NCBI GenBank assembly: GCA_963801625.1
Contig: CAWDFQ010000010.1
Location: 422,245-486,244 of the forward strand
Reading direction: 5' to 3'
DNA from: an uncultured delta proteobacterium
Lineage (GTDB): Bacteria; Myxococcota_A; UBA9160; PR03
DNA length: 64,000 bases
This document shows positions 52,680-62,586 of the stretch, one piece after another. Every line of letters starts with the position of its first letter. The stretch's first letter is position 1. The notes under the pieces were generated by a model. The model worked only from the letters and a program-made list of their open reading frames with translations. It did not search any database and was not told the origin of the DNA. A program made the translations under genes and the position numbers.

Positions 52680-54119
52680 ATGCTCGAGCGCGGCCTCGAG
52701 CCCGATTTTCCGGCGGCCGCGCTCGCCGAGGCGCGTGACCTGTTCGTCCCGACTGCTGCGTCCGGCGCGGACCGGCGCGATCTGCGCAGTCTCCCGTGGT
52801 GCTCGATCGACAACGACGATTCGCGCGATCTCGACCAGCTCAGCGTTGGCGAATCACTCAATGGCGGCGGCGCGAGGATCTTCATCGCGGTGGCGGACGT
52901 GAGCGCCAGCGTCGTGCCCGGCTCGGCTCTCGACCGGCACGCGCACAACAACACCACGTCGGTCTACACGCCGCCGAGGAACTTCCCGATGCTGCCCGAC
53001 CGGTTGAGCACCGATCTCACGTCGCTGGTTCAAGGCGAGGACCGTTTGGCGATGGTGGTCGAGATGGAGCTGGATCCCGCGGGCGCGATGGGTGCGGCGC
53101 GTGTCTACCGGGCCGTGGTGCGCAACCAGGCCAAGCTCGCGTATCCCGGCGTGGGCGCATGGCTCGAGGGGACCGCTGCCATGCCGGCAGCCGTCGCTCC
53201 GGTGCCGGGGTTGGTCGACAATCTTCGGCTTCAGGATCAGGTCGCACAGCGTCTCAGGGCACGCCGACAGGAGGCCGGCGCTCTGGAGCTCGAGACGGTG
53301 GAGGTTCGGGCCCAGTTCGACGGCGACGCGGTGAGCGGGCTCGTGGCGGAGCGACGCAACCGTGCCAGGGAGCTCATCGAGGAATTCATGATCGCCGCCA
53401 ACGGCGGCATCGCCCGCTTCCTCGAAGCGCACGGATTCCCCGTCTTGCGGCGCGTGGTGCGCTCACCGGAGCGCTGGGAGCGGATCGTCGAGATCGCAGT
53501 CTCCCAGGGCGGGCGGCTCCCGCGTGAGCCCGACGCCAGGGCACTGAACGAGTTCCTCCTCGCGCGCCGGGCGGCAGACCCGCTTCAGTTCCCCGATCTC
53601 TCGCTCTCGGTCATCAAGCTGCTCGGCAGGGGCGAATACATGGCGAGCTTCCCCGGCCAGGCGAGCACCGGCCATTTCGGCCTCGCCGTGAGCGAGTACA
53701 CCCACTCGACCGCACCGAACCGACGCTACCCGGACCTCGTCACCCAGCGGCTGCTGCAGGCGGCGCTGGCGGCGCGCGAGGTGCCCTATCCGCGCGATGC
53801 ACTCGACGCGCTGGCGGTCCAATGCACGCTCAAGGAGGACGGCGCGCAGAAGGTCGAGCGGCTGGTTCGCAAGGCCGCGGCAGCGTGTCTCTTGAGCGGG
53901 CGCGTCGGCGAGGAGTTCGATGGCATCGTGACTGGCGCCTCTCCCAAGGGAACGTGGGTGCGCATCTTCGAACCACCCGCCGAAGGCCGCGTCGTGCAGG
54001 GTGAGGCCGGGCTCGACGTCGGGGACCGGGTGCGAGTGAAGCTCATCCACACCGACCTGGAGCGCGGCTTCATCGACTTCGCGCGCGCGGTCCGGCGAGC
54101 AGACGCGGCGAACCGCTAG
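52680..54119 (+). CDS. RNB-domain exoribonuclease (short RNase II/R family)
   Basis: CSIDNDDSRDLDQL, TTSVYTPPRNFPMLP, HFGLAVSEYTHSTAPNRRYPDLVTQR, plus a C-terminal S1-like end. Family-like sequence (ALLLRVARRA) continues upstream of the first ATG with no in-frame ATG, GTG or TTG start. Confidence 0.85.
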   Translation: MLERGLEPDFPAAALAEARDLFVPTAASGADRRDLRSLPWCSIDNDDSRDLDQLSVGESLNGGGARIFIAVADVSASVVPGSALDRHAHNNTTSVYTPPRNFPMLPDRLSTDLTSLVQGEDRLAMVVEMELDPAGAMGAARVYRAVVRNQAKLAYPGVGAWLEGTAAMPAAVAPVPGLVDNLRLQDQVAQRLRARRQEAGALELETVEVRAQFDGDAVSGLVAERRNRARELIEEFMIAANGGIARFLEAHGFPVLRRVVRSPERWERIVEIAVSQGGRLPREPDARALNEFLLARRAADPLQFPDLSLSVIKLLGRGEYMASFPGQASTGHFGLAVSEYTHSTAPNRRYPDLVTQRLLQAALAAREVPYPRDALDALAVQCTLKEDGAQKVERLVRKAAAACLLSGRVGEEFDGIVTGASPKGTWVRIFEPPAEGRVVQGEAGLDVGDRVRVKLIHTDLERGFIDFARAVRRADAANR

Positions 54120-54901
54120 GGGCCGTGGGGTGCGAGGCGGCGCTCCCCAAGGAGCCGCCGCGGTCGGGGTGCGTACGATAGCCCGAAACGCCGCAGGCCC
54201 ACGTCGCGCACGAGCGTCGCTGCCTCCTCGGGCGAGTCGGTGAGCGTGAGATAGCGCAGATCCCCAGCATCGATCGCGCCCGCGGCCGCCACGTCGCGGA
54301 GCTGGGCAACGAGCGGCCCCCAGTAGTCGACCCCCATCAGGACGATCGGGTAGTCGCGGACCTTGCCCGTCTGGACGAGCGTGGCGACCTCGAAGAGCTC
54401 GTCCAGCGTTCCGAAGCCGCCCGGCAGCGCGATGAACGCGTAGGAGTACTTCACGAGCATCAGCTTGCGGACCATGAAGTATCGAAATGTCACGCTGCGA
54501 TCGAGGTAGGGGTTTCGCAGCTGCTCGCGAGGAAGCTCGATGTTGCAGCCGATCGACGCGCCGCCCACCTCCTTGGCCCCGCGGTTCGCCGCCTCCATCA
54601 CGCCCGGGCCGCCACCGGTCATGACGGTGAAGCCGGCGCGCGCGATGTTGCGGCCTACCAACCGCCCCATCTCGTAGGCCGGGTGACCCTCGCCGAAGCG
54701 CGCCGAGCCGAAGACCGTTACGCACGGCCCCACGAAATGGAGGGCGCGGAAGCCACGGATCAGCTCCCGGAAGATCCGAACGGCGCGGAGCAGCTCGAAG
54801 CTGCGCGATCGCGGACCTTCGAGGAAGGGGATCTCCTCCGCGCCAGGACGATCGGCGACCGCGTCCTCCGTCACGCTCCGCTCCTCCTCGTACGGGACCA
54901 C
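54116..54901 (-). CDS. LOG family (TIGR00730-type) nucleotide phosphoribohydrolase
   Basis: VFGSARFGEGHP, MTGGGPGVMEAANRGA, PGGFGTLDELFE. The GTG at 54901 is taken as the start; the ORF is open to 55489. Confidence 0.85.
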   Translation of the reverse strand: MVPYEEERSVTEDAVADRPGAEEIPFLEGPRSRSFELLRAVRIFRELIRGFRALHFVGPCVTVFGSARFGEGHPAYEMGRLVGRNIARAGFTVMTGGGPGVMEAANRGAKEVGGASIGCNIELPREQLRNPYLDRSVTFRYFMVRKLMLVKYSYAFIALPGGFGTLDELFEVATLVQTGKVRDYPIVLMGVDYWGPLVAQLRDVAAAGAIDAGDLRYLTLTDSPEEAATLVRDVGLRRFGLSYAPRPRRLLGERRLAPHGP

Positions 54902-54985
54902 AGTGTACGGCAGCAGCGAGGTGAGCAGAACTTGCGGGCGGAAGCCACGGCGCTGGTCGTGCACGTTGCGACTCTCACTCCGTCG

Positions 54986-55495
54986 ATGCAGAACCACTCG
55001 CTGCGGACCTTCGTATTCGGGCTCGCCCTCGCGAACCTCGACGGCGTTCGACTCGATGTCGAACACTTGTGCGTCGCGTCGCTGCTGCACGACCTCGCGC
55101 TGGAGACGCCGACGCCCGGGCGCTGCTTCGCGGTGGTGGGCGCCGAGCGGGCGCTCGCGATCGCGCAGCGCGCCGGGGCAGATGATGCCTCGGCGCGCGC
55201 GATCGCCGAGGCGATCGCGATGCACGTGACACCCGGCGTCGGCTTCGAGCGCGGGCCGCTCGGGCCAATGATCGCCGCCGGTGCGCTCGTCGATGTCGCG
55301 GGCGTGCGGCTCTGGGATCTCGATCCGGTATTCGTGCAGGCCGCGCTCCAGCGCCACCCGCGCCTCGCGATGAAGCGCCATCTCACCGCGTGCTGGCGCG
55401 CTGAGGCGCGCGCCGTGCCGGGCGGTCGCGCGGCGTTCCTCGCGCGCTGGGCCGCGTTCGGGCTCTTCGTGCGACTCGCGCCGTTCCACGAGTAG
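54986..55495 (+). CDS. HD domain phosphohydrolase-like protein
   Basis: NHSLRTFVFGLALA...CVASLLHDLAL. Alternative starts are TTG 54932 and GTG 54959. Confidence 0.65.
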   Translation: MQNHSLRTFVFGLALANLDGVRLDVEHLCVASLLHDLALETPTPGRCFAVVGAERALAIAQRAGADDASARAIAEAIAMHVTPGVGFERGPLGPMIAAGALVDVAGVRLWDLDPVFVQAALQRHPRLAMKRHLTACWRAEARAVPGGRAAFLARWAAFGLFVRLAPFHE

Positions 55496-55524
55496 GAGAT
55501 CGGGCAGCGTGAGCGCGACGCGAG

Positions 55525-55740
55525 TCAGGTAGTCGTCTGGAACTCGACCTTGCGCGGCTCGGTGATCCGACTCGACGCATCGACGACCTCGAGTGACACC
55601 AGTTCGCCTCGTTCGTCGTAGTCGAGGATCACACCGGGACGATCCTCTTCGCTCTCGGCGATTGAAGCGCCTTCCTTGAAGATGACCGTCACGGTGTCGG
55701 TCCGCGCGTCGTAGGTGACCTTAATCGGTCGCGCCTCCAG
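55525..55740 (-). CDS. DUF2283 family protein (antitoxin-like partner); no canonical start codon found
   Basis: IKVTYDARTDTVTVIFKEGASIAESEEDRPGVILDYDERGELVSLEVVDAS. The nearest in-frame candidates are CTG 55740 and ATT 55725. An ATG at 55748 is in another frame. Confidence 0.6.
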   Translation of the reverse strand: MEARPIKVTYDARTDTVTVIFKEGASIAESEEDRPGVILDYDERGELVSLEVVDASSRITEPRKVEFQTTT

Positions 55741-56021
55741 TACTTCATGATCTTGCTGGTCCGATACGCCGTGACGGTCTCGGGCGCCTCGCGATCGACG
55801 TCCACGAGTATGTGGACAAGACAGATGCGCCGAGGGGTATCTTGCAGGGTCCGCGACTGCAACAACCCCCGCCCCGGGCGAACCTCCCACCCTTGCTCTG
55901 GACTCAGTAGCACCCGAGCGATGAGATCGGTCGATAAACGGCGCCGCGTGATCGCAGTGAGCGCGTGGGGCGTGAGAGTCCAGCCAGAGGGCGGACGAAA
56001 GGGCGGTCCCAACGGCAGCAT
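55689..56021 (-). CDS. DUF4258 family protein (toxin-like)
   Basis: WTLTPHALTAITRRRLSTDLIARVLL...ICLVHILVDVDREAPETVTAYRTSKIMKYW. It overlaps the DUF2283 gene. Local GC is about 60%. Confidence 0.6.
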   Translation of the reverse strand: MLPLGPPFRPPSGWTLTPHALTAITRRRLSTDLIARVLLSPEQGWEVRPGRGLLQSRTLQDTPRRICLVHILVDVDREAPETVTAYRTSKIMKYWRRDRLRSPTTRGPTP

Positions 56022-56127
56022 CCGCGGGACAGTGGGGTGCTTGCTCGGATAGCACGCTGGGCGCCGGCAACCCATGTCGCTGCGCGTTGACACGCGCATC
56101 CGCGCTTCGTCGGGTAGGCTGTCGCCC

Positions 56128-56598
56128 ATGGCCAGGCATCCCGACGTCGGCGACTCCGCCCCGGACTTCACGCTCGCCTCGACACAAGGTGAAGTCACGC
56201 TCTCGAAGCGGCTCGCGAGCGGCGCGGTGCTGCTCGTGTTCTATCCGGGCGACGACACCCCCGTCTGCACCAAACAGCTCTGCGACTACCGCGACAACCT
56301 CGCGATCTTCAGCGGGCTCGGCGTGCAGGTGATCGCGCTCAACCCGCAGCCAATCGCGTCGCACGAGAAGTTCGCGAAGAAGCACACGCTGCCATTTCCG
56401 GTTGCAGCCGACGAGGGCGGCACGGTCTGCAAGCTCTACGGTGCGGCGGGACTCTTCGGAATGACGAAGCGCGCGCTGGTACTGGTCGGTCGCGACGGCC
56501 GCGTGCAGTGGCGCAAGACCGACTTCCCGATCTTCTACGAAAGCGCCGACGAAATCCGCAAAGCCATCGCCAACCTGTCAATTCGGGGACGTTCCTGA
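56128..56598 (+). CDS. bcp: peroxiredoxin (Bcp type)
   Basis: GDSAPDFTLASTQGEVTLS...LVFYPGDDTPVCTKQLC. The last 5 codons are encoded by repeat family A sequence. Confidence 0.9.
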   Translation: MARHPDVGDSAPDFTLASTQGEVTLSKRLASGAVLLVFYPGDDTPVCTKQLCDYRDNLAIFSGLGVQVIALNPQPIASHEKFAKKHTLPFPVAADEGGTVCKLYGAAGLFGMTKRALVLVGRDGRVQWRKTDFPIFYESADEIRKAIANLSIRGRS

Positions 56599-56656
56599 AC
56601 TCAACTAAGTCAACGGGGCAGGAACGTCCCCAAGTCAACGGGGCAGGAACGTCCCC
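56585..56656. repeat. palindromic repeat family A, copy 3 (one left arm, duplicated right arm)
   Basis: ggggacgttcctg (56585-56597), then caggaacgtccccaagtcaac (56619-56639) and caggaacgtcccc (56644-56656). It abuts the pqqB ATG. Confidence 0.85.
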
Positions 56657-57551
56657 ATGAGAATTCGCGTACTCGGGTCGGCGGCGGGGGGGGGGCTTCC
56701 GCAGTGGAACTGCGGGTGCGAGCGCTGCGTGCGGGCGCGTGCGGGCGACCCCGCGGTGCCGCCGCGCACGCAGCCGTCGATCGCGGTGTCGGCCGACGGC
56801 GTGCGCTGGTCGATCGTGAACGCGAGCCCCGACGTGCGCGACCAGCTGGCGCGCTTCCCCGCGCTGCACCCGCGACCGGGCACGCGCGACATCCCGCTCG
56901 ACACGATCGTGGTCACCAACGCCGACGTCGACCACGTGCTCGGCCTGCTGGTGCTGCGCGAGTCGCTGCCGTACCGGATCGTGTCGACGCCCTTCGTGCG
57001 CGACGCGCTGCACGATCACAACGCGCTGCTGCGCCTGCTCGAACCGGCGTGGGGGATCGCGAAGCTCGACCAGCCCGTGACGCTCGACCGCGACGGGCAC
57101 CTCGAAGCGCGCTTCTTCCCGGTGCCAGGCAAGGTGCCGACGTGGCTCTCGAAGCTCGCGCCCAATCACCCCGAGACGACGGTCGGCGTGCGCATCACCG
57201 ATCTGCGCAGCGGGCGGCGGCTCGTGTACGCACCCGGCGTCGCAAAGCTCGACGCCGGCACGCTCGCGGAGTTCGAGGCCGCGAGCTGTTCGTTCGTGGA
57301 CGGCACCTTCTTCCGCAACGACGAGCTCTCCGCGACTGCGGCCCGGCGCGCCCGACGCGACGGCGATGGGGCACGTGCCGATCTCGGGCCCCGGCGGTTC
57401 GTTCCCGATCCTCACCGAGCTGCGCGGACGCGTCGTCTACATCCACATCAACAACACCAACCCGATTCTCGATGCGGGCTCGCCCGAGACGTCGCTCGTG
57501 CAGCGCGCGGGGATCGAGATCGCGATGGACGGGATGGAGCTGGAGCTTTGA
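56657..57551 (+). pseudogene. pqqB: PQQ biosynthesis protein B, one frameshift near 57340
   Basis: [24 protein letters not shown]...[12 protein letters not shown], then [19 protein letters not shown]...[11 protein letters not shown] in another frame (ORF 57366..57551). Confidence 0.85.
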
Positions 57552-58228
57552 GGGAAGCCGCGACACCGTGGACCGTCACCGAGTTCGAAGCGCGCCTGCG
57601 CCGCGTCGGCACCGAGCGCTACCACGACAAGCACCCCTTCAACCTGCGCATGCACGAGGGCCGGCTCTCGCGCGAGGAGCTCCAGACCTGGGTGCGCAAC
57701 CGCTACTACTACCAGACGCGCATTCCGGTGAAGGACTCCGCGATCCTCGCGCAAGTCGGGCGATTCCGCGTTCCGCCGCGAGTGGGTGCAGCGCCTGCAC
57801 GATCACGACGGTCGCGCGCCCGGCGAAGGCGGCCTCGAGCTCTGGCTGCGGCTCGCGGAAGCCGTCGGCCTCGCGCGCGACGAAGTCGCGAGCCTCGCAC
57901 TTCGTGCTGCCCGGCGTGCGGCGCGCCTGCGACGCGTACGTCGATCTCGTCGAGCGCGCCGATCTGCTCGTCGCGGTCGCGGCGTCGCTCACCGAACTCT
58001 TCGCCGGCGACATCATGGTGCACGCGCATCGCCGCCTTCGAGCGCCACTACCCGTGGGTCGACGCGGAGGGCCTCGCCTACTTCCGCACGCGCACCACCG
58101 CGGCGCCGCGCGACGCCGCCTTACGGGCTCGCCTTCGTCGCCGAGCACGCGCGCACGCGCGAAGACCAGCAGCGCTGCATCGACGCGCTCGAGCGCAAGT
58201 GCGAGATCCTGTGGAGCCTCCTCGACGC
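57548..58228 (+). pseudogene. pqqC: PQQ synthase PqqC, at least 5 frame changes
   Basis: Pieces alternate between frames. They include [79 protein letters not shown] and [18 protein letters not shown]. The TTG start at 57548 is tentative. Confidence 0.8.
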
Positions 58229-58495
58229 GTCGAGGCGGCGCACCGCCGCCCGCGCGTCGCGCCGCAGGCGATGCTGCGCGAGGACGCCGAGCGGCCCGGG
58301 CATCTGCTCGCGGTGCTGCCCGAGCGCGGCGTGCGCGTCTCCGAATCCGGCCGCGAGATCCTCCAGCTCTGCGACGGCGCGCTCAGCTCGGACGCCGTCG
58401 CGACGGCGCTGCGCGCGCGTCATCCCGACGTCGCGCACCTCGGCACCGACGTCCACGAGTTCCTCGACCAGATGGAGAAGCTCGGCGTGATCGTC
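58229..58495 (+). pseudogene. pqqD: PqqD-like peptide chaperone segment (no stop separating it from pqqC or pqqE in the conserved frames)
   Basis: [44 protein letters not shown]...[16 protein letters not shown]. Confidence 0.65.
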
Positions 58496-59597
58496 GTGAC
58501 GCCTGATCCGGGCGCAACGGCAAGCCAGCCGCGCGTCTGGAACCTGATCGCCGAGCTGACCTACCGCTGTCCGCTGCGCTGTCCGTACTGCTCGAACCCG
58601 GAGAACTTCGCGTCGATCCGCGACGCGCCTCGACGCCGACGCGTGGGGCCGCGTGTTTCGCGAAGCCGCCGCGCTCGGCGCCGTGCACGTCGGGCCTCAC
58701 CGGCGGCGAGCCGTCGGCGCGACGCGATCTCGCGGCGATCGTGCGCCACGCCGCGGACGCGCGATCTCTACCCGCACCTCGTCACGGCCGGCGTTCCGCT
58801 CGGCGCGGCGGGACTCGCGCCGCTGCGCGACGCCGGCCTGCGCAGCGTGCAGCTCTCGATCCAGGACGCGACGCGCCGCGGCGTCCGACGCGATCGCCGG
58901 CACGGCGAGCTTCGAGCGCAAGCTCGAGGTCGCGCGCGCAGCGCGCGCGCTCGGGCTCGCGCTCACGCTGAACGTCGTGCTGCACCGCCACAACCTCGCG
59001 AACGTCGGCGCGCTGATCGCGCTCGCGCGCGACGCTCGACGCCGATCGCCTCGAGCTCGCCAACGCGCAGTACGACGGCTTCGCGCTGCGCAATCGCGAC
59101 GCGCTGCTGCCGTCGCGCGAGCAGCTCGAAGCGGCGTCGCAGGTCGTCGCCGACAGAGCGCGCGCGCGCGAAGCGACCGGAGCTGCAATGGGTCCTGCCC
59201 GACTACTTCTCGGGACGCCCGAAGCCGTGCATGGGCGGCTGGGGCCGCAGCCTCGTCGTCGTCGCGCCCGACGGGCTCGTGCTGCCCTGTCACGCCGCGC
59301 GCGATCTGCCCGGGACTCGAGTTCTGGAACGCTGCGTGAGCACTCGCTCGCGAGAGTGCTGGAACGACGCGCCCGGCATGAACGCGTATCCGCGGCGAAG
59401 CGTGGATGCGCGAGCCGTGTCGCTCGTGTCCCGAGCGAACGCGCGACTTCGGCGGCTGTCGCTGCCAGGCGTATCGGCTCACCGGCGACGCGGCGAACAC
59501 CGATCCCGCCTGCGCGCTGGCGCCGCAGCGCGACGCGATCGCCGCGGCGCGCGAGCGCGCGAGCGGCGCCGCGCAGTGGGTGTACCGCGGCAGCTGA
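58496..59597 (+). pseudogene. pqqE: radical SAM enzyme PqqE, several frame changes
   Basis: [79 protein letters not shown], and the C-terminus [26 protein letters not shown] (ORF 59406..59597). Confidence 0.8.
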
Positions 59598-59689
59598 CGC
59601 GACGGCGCCGAAGCTCCGTCCGGACGAGGCGGGAGGCGCGGCCGATGCGCGCCGCACGCGGGCCCGCCTCGGCGCATGGCCGCGCTTCG

Positions 59690-62586
59690 CTACGGCAGGT
59701 TCGAGGCGTCGAGGTCGAAGCGCAGAATCCCGTAGCGACCGCTGGCGGAAAGTGCGCTGCGGCCGTCGATCAGGATCCGCGTCAACCAGCCGTAGGTCGG
59801 GAAGAATGCCCGCGCGCGCGGCGCCGAGGCGTCGTCGAGATCGATCACGAGCAGCCCTGCGGAGGTCCGGAACAGCACCCGACCGGGAATCGTGTCGAGC
59901 AGCGAGGCCGAGCTCTCGACGGGCAGCTCCGACGACACGTCGAGCTCGTCGGACTCGGCATCGAGAACGGTCAGCGCGCTCGCGGGCTGTTGCACAGCGG
60001 GCCAGATGAACGATTGCCACTGCGGCCCGTGGCTCACCAGCACGTGGCCGGCCCGATCGAGCACGACCTTCTCGACGTTGCGCTCCGAGAACCAGCGCAC
60101 CGCCTCGACGCGAGCCATCCCGGGTTCGAGCGCGAGTCGCACGACGGCCGTCTCGAGTAGGTCGTCGTTCCATTGCAGATCGCGCGTGAAGATCGTGTCG
60201 CCGTCGACGCCGACCAGCTCGCCCGGCACGTTGATCGGTTCATCGGCAACGGGCGACGCCGCGTCCGACACATCGACGCGCACCGCAAAGTAACTGGCAC
60301 GCGCCCGCCCGAGACGATCTGCGCCGGTGGGGCGCTTCACGGTGACCCATGCGTCGCTGCCGTCGACGAGCAGGCCCACGCCCTCGGCCCCGGGCGCCAG
60401 CGCGACGGGAGCTGCGAACTGGGGCGCCTCGGGTTCGCCGAGATCGAGCACGTCGAGCGTCCAGGGGCGATCGAGTTGCCCTTGCAGGAACGCGAGACCG
60501 TCCGGGACAGCGGCGACGTGGCTGCTCGCAAACGACTGCGGTGCGGTGCAACGGAAGCAGTCGAAGAAGGGCATCCCGAGCGATGGCGGCCAATACGAAA
60601 CCGAATAGGCCGGCTGCAAGCGGTCCGTGCGGAGCTTTCCGGCCAGCTTCGGCTGGGCCGGCTCGCGCAGGTCGTAGACCGCGATCTCGGTTTCGGGAGC
60701 GGCATCCGGCGCCCACGCGGCGATCTCGGACGCGATGCTCACCAGGAACGGGCCGCTGCGATGCAGGGCCGCGTGCGACGGGATCTCGAAGCGGGCGACC
60801 GGCTCCGCGAGGTCCGGATCGGCGTCGCCGGGGACCACCTCGACCACGGCCGGCGGATCCTCCACGCCGAAGTTCCAGACGCCGAGGTCGCTGCTGCTGC
60901 CGTTCACGACGCGCACCCAGAACGCGCCGAATCGGAACACGTCGGTGTAGTTCGGTGCGAGATCCACGCGGCCGATCTCGGTGGGCTGGTCCGGGTCTGC
61001 GGTCGCGAACAGGCTGAGTTCCGTCTCCGAGAGGTTGGCAACCCGCTCGTCGCCGGCTTCGAAACTGCGCCGGACCGGCGAGCCATGGAGCATCAGGCCG
61101 CGCCGGGTGAGGGTGCGGCCCGAGAAGGTGAAGATCTGCACCGCGGCGGCGTATTCGTTCCGGGCGCTGTCCCAGCCCGAGAAGGGAAGCAGCACGAGTC
61201 CCGTCTCCAGGACGCCTCCCGGCCCCGCCACCGAAACGGCGTCTTCGAGCACCGAGAACGCGCGATGATCGAAACTCGCCTCGGACCAGCTGCGGCGTCG
61301 GCGACGCGCTCGCGCGCCAGCAGCGGCTCGGGATTCGTGATCTCGGTCATGTCGTAGAGGCTCACCGCGAGGGTCTGGCCGCCCTCGTCGTCGATGCCGA
61401 TGCCGATCAGGCGCGAATCATCCGAGCACCGGGCGGAAGAAGTCGTTCCAGCCCGAGACGACGAACTCGGCGCCGGGCGTGATCACCCCGTCGTCGCTGA
61501 TCTCGAAGGCGTGGAACGGATCGACGCGGCGGTAGGTGACGCAGAAGGCCCGGTTGCCGAGGAAGATCGTCGCGTAGAGATCCTCGTTCGCGCCGAAACT
61601 CTCCGCGTCGATCTCGATGAGATGCGACGCGTCCGACGCGTCGAAGGTCTGGAGATGATTGGTCCAGTCGCTGCCCCAGCGGCTGCCGGCCGAAACGATC
61701 CGCAGCACGCCTTCGTGGTAGTCCATGTTGAACTGGCTCTCGATCCAGCCCTCGACGCCGACCTCGTCGCCCGGCTGCATCGCGCCCGACGGATCGCTGA
61801 TGTCGATCAGCGCGACGCGGCTCTCGCTGCCGACGACGCTCGAGGTGTCGTTGCGCGCGACGAGCAGCAGCTCGGGCGTCGCATGCACAGCCGAAACCGA
61901 GCCCCCGAGGTCGAGTTGGCCGGCGGGTTCGAGGCGCCCGCTCGCGACGTCGAAACTCGCGACGGCCGTGCGGCTCTCGAAACTCGCTTCGGTCCACTGC
62001 GACCACTGCTGCGCGACGACGTAGAGCGCCGCACGATCGCCCTGGCGGGTGAGGCGACTCGTCTCGATGAAGCCCGGCACGACTGCCTGGTCGAGCAGCA
62101 CCGGATTGGTGGGATCGCTGAGGTCGACCGACAGCACCATGCCGCTGTCGGCAATCTCGTTGGCGCCCGGTTCGAGCACGCCGGTGTAGCCGCGCAATCC
62201 GTTCACCAACACGAAGGCGATGTCGCCGACCACGTAGAGTTCGACCGGCGAGCCAGACACCGGCAGCCGCCCGACGATCTTCGGCTTCGTCGCGTCATGC
62301 AGATCGATCACCTGGAGTCCGCGGAATGCGTTCAGATTCAGCAGCCGATCGGGAGCCAGGACGCGGAACAGATCGCCCTCGACGACCGCAGGCTCGGCAC
62401 CCGCATCCGCCGGCGCGGACAGCAACGCGATCGGCAACGCGAAGTCGTCCAGGGCGAGATTGCCCGCCCCATCGCCGGAGACGAAGAAGGTCTGCCCGGG
62501 AACGGGGCAGCGAGCGGCCAGCAGCAAGCTCGCGAGGGAAGAAGTGCGCTCCACGCGATGCGCGGCGACGACACGGCTCTCTTCAC
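59690..62586 (-). CDS. large secreted beta-propeller-domain protein (PF09826-like); frame breaks near 62545 and a compensated pair at about 61295 and 61421
   Basis: ORFs 61418..62554 and 59690..61252 share one frame. The bridging sequence [43 protein letters not shown] lies in another frame. The GTG start overlaps the upstream stop (GTGA, 62583-62586). Confidence 0.65.

Noticed and set aside
59598-60160. Continuation of the 1167-aa ORF 56657..60160 beyond pqqE
   Set aside because: The ORF is a concatenation of pqq gene pieces in one of their frames. Past 59597 it is antisense to the beta-propeller gene and has no family resemblance.
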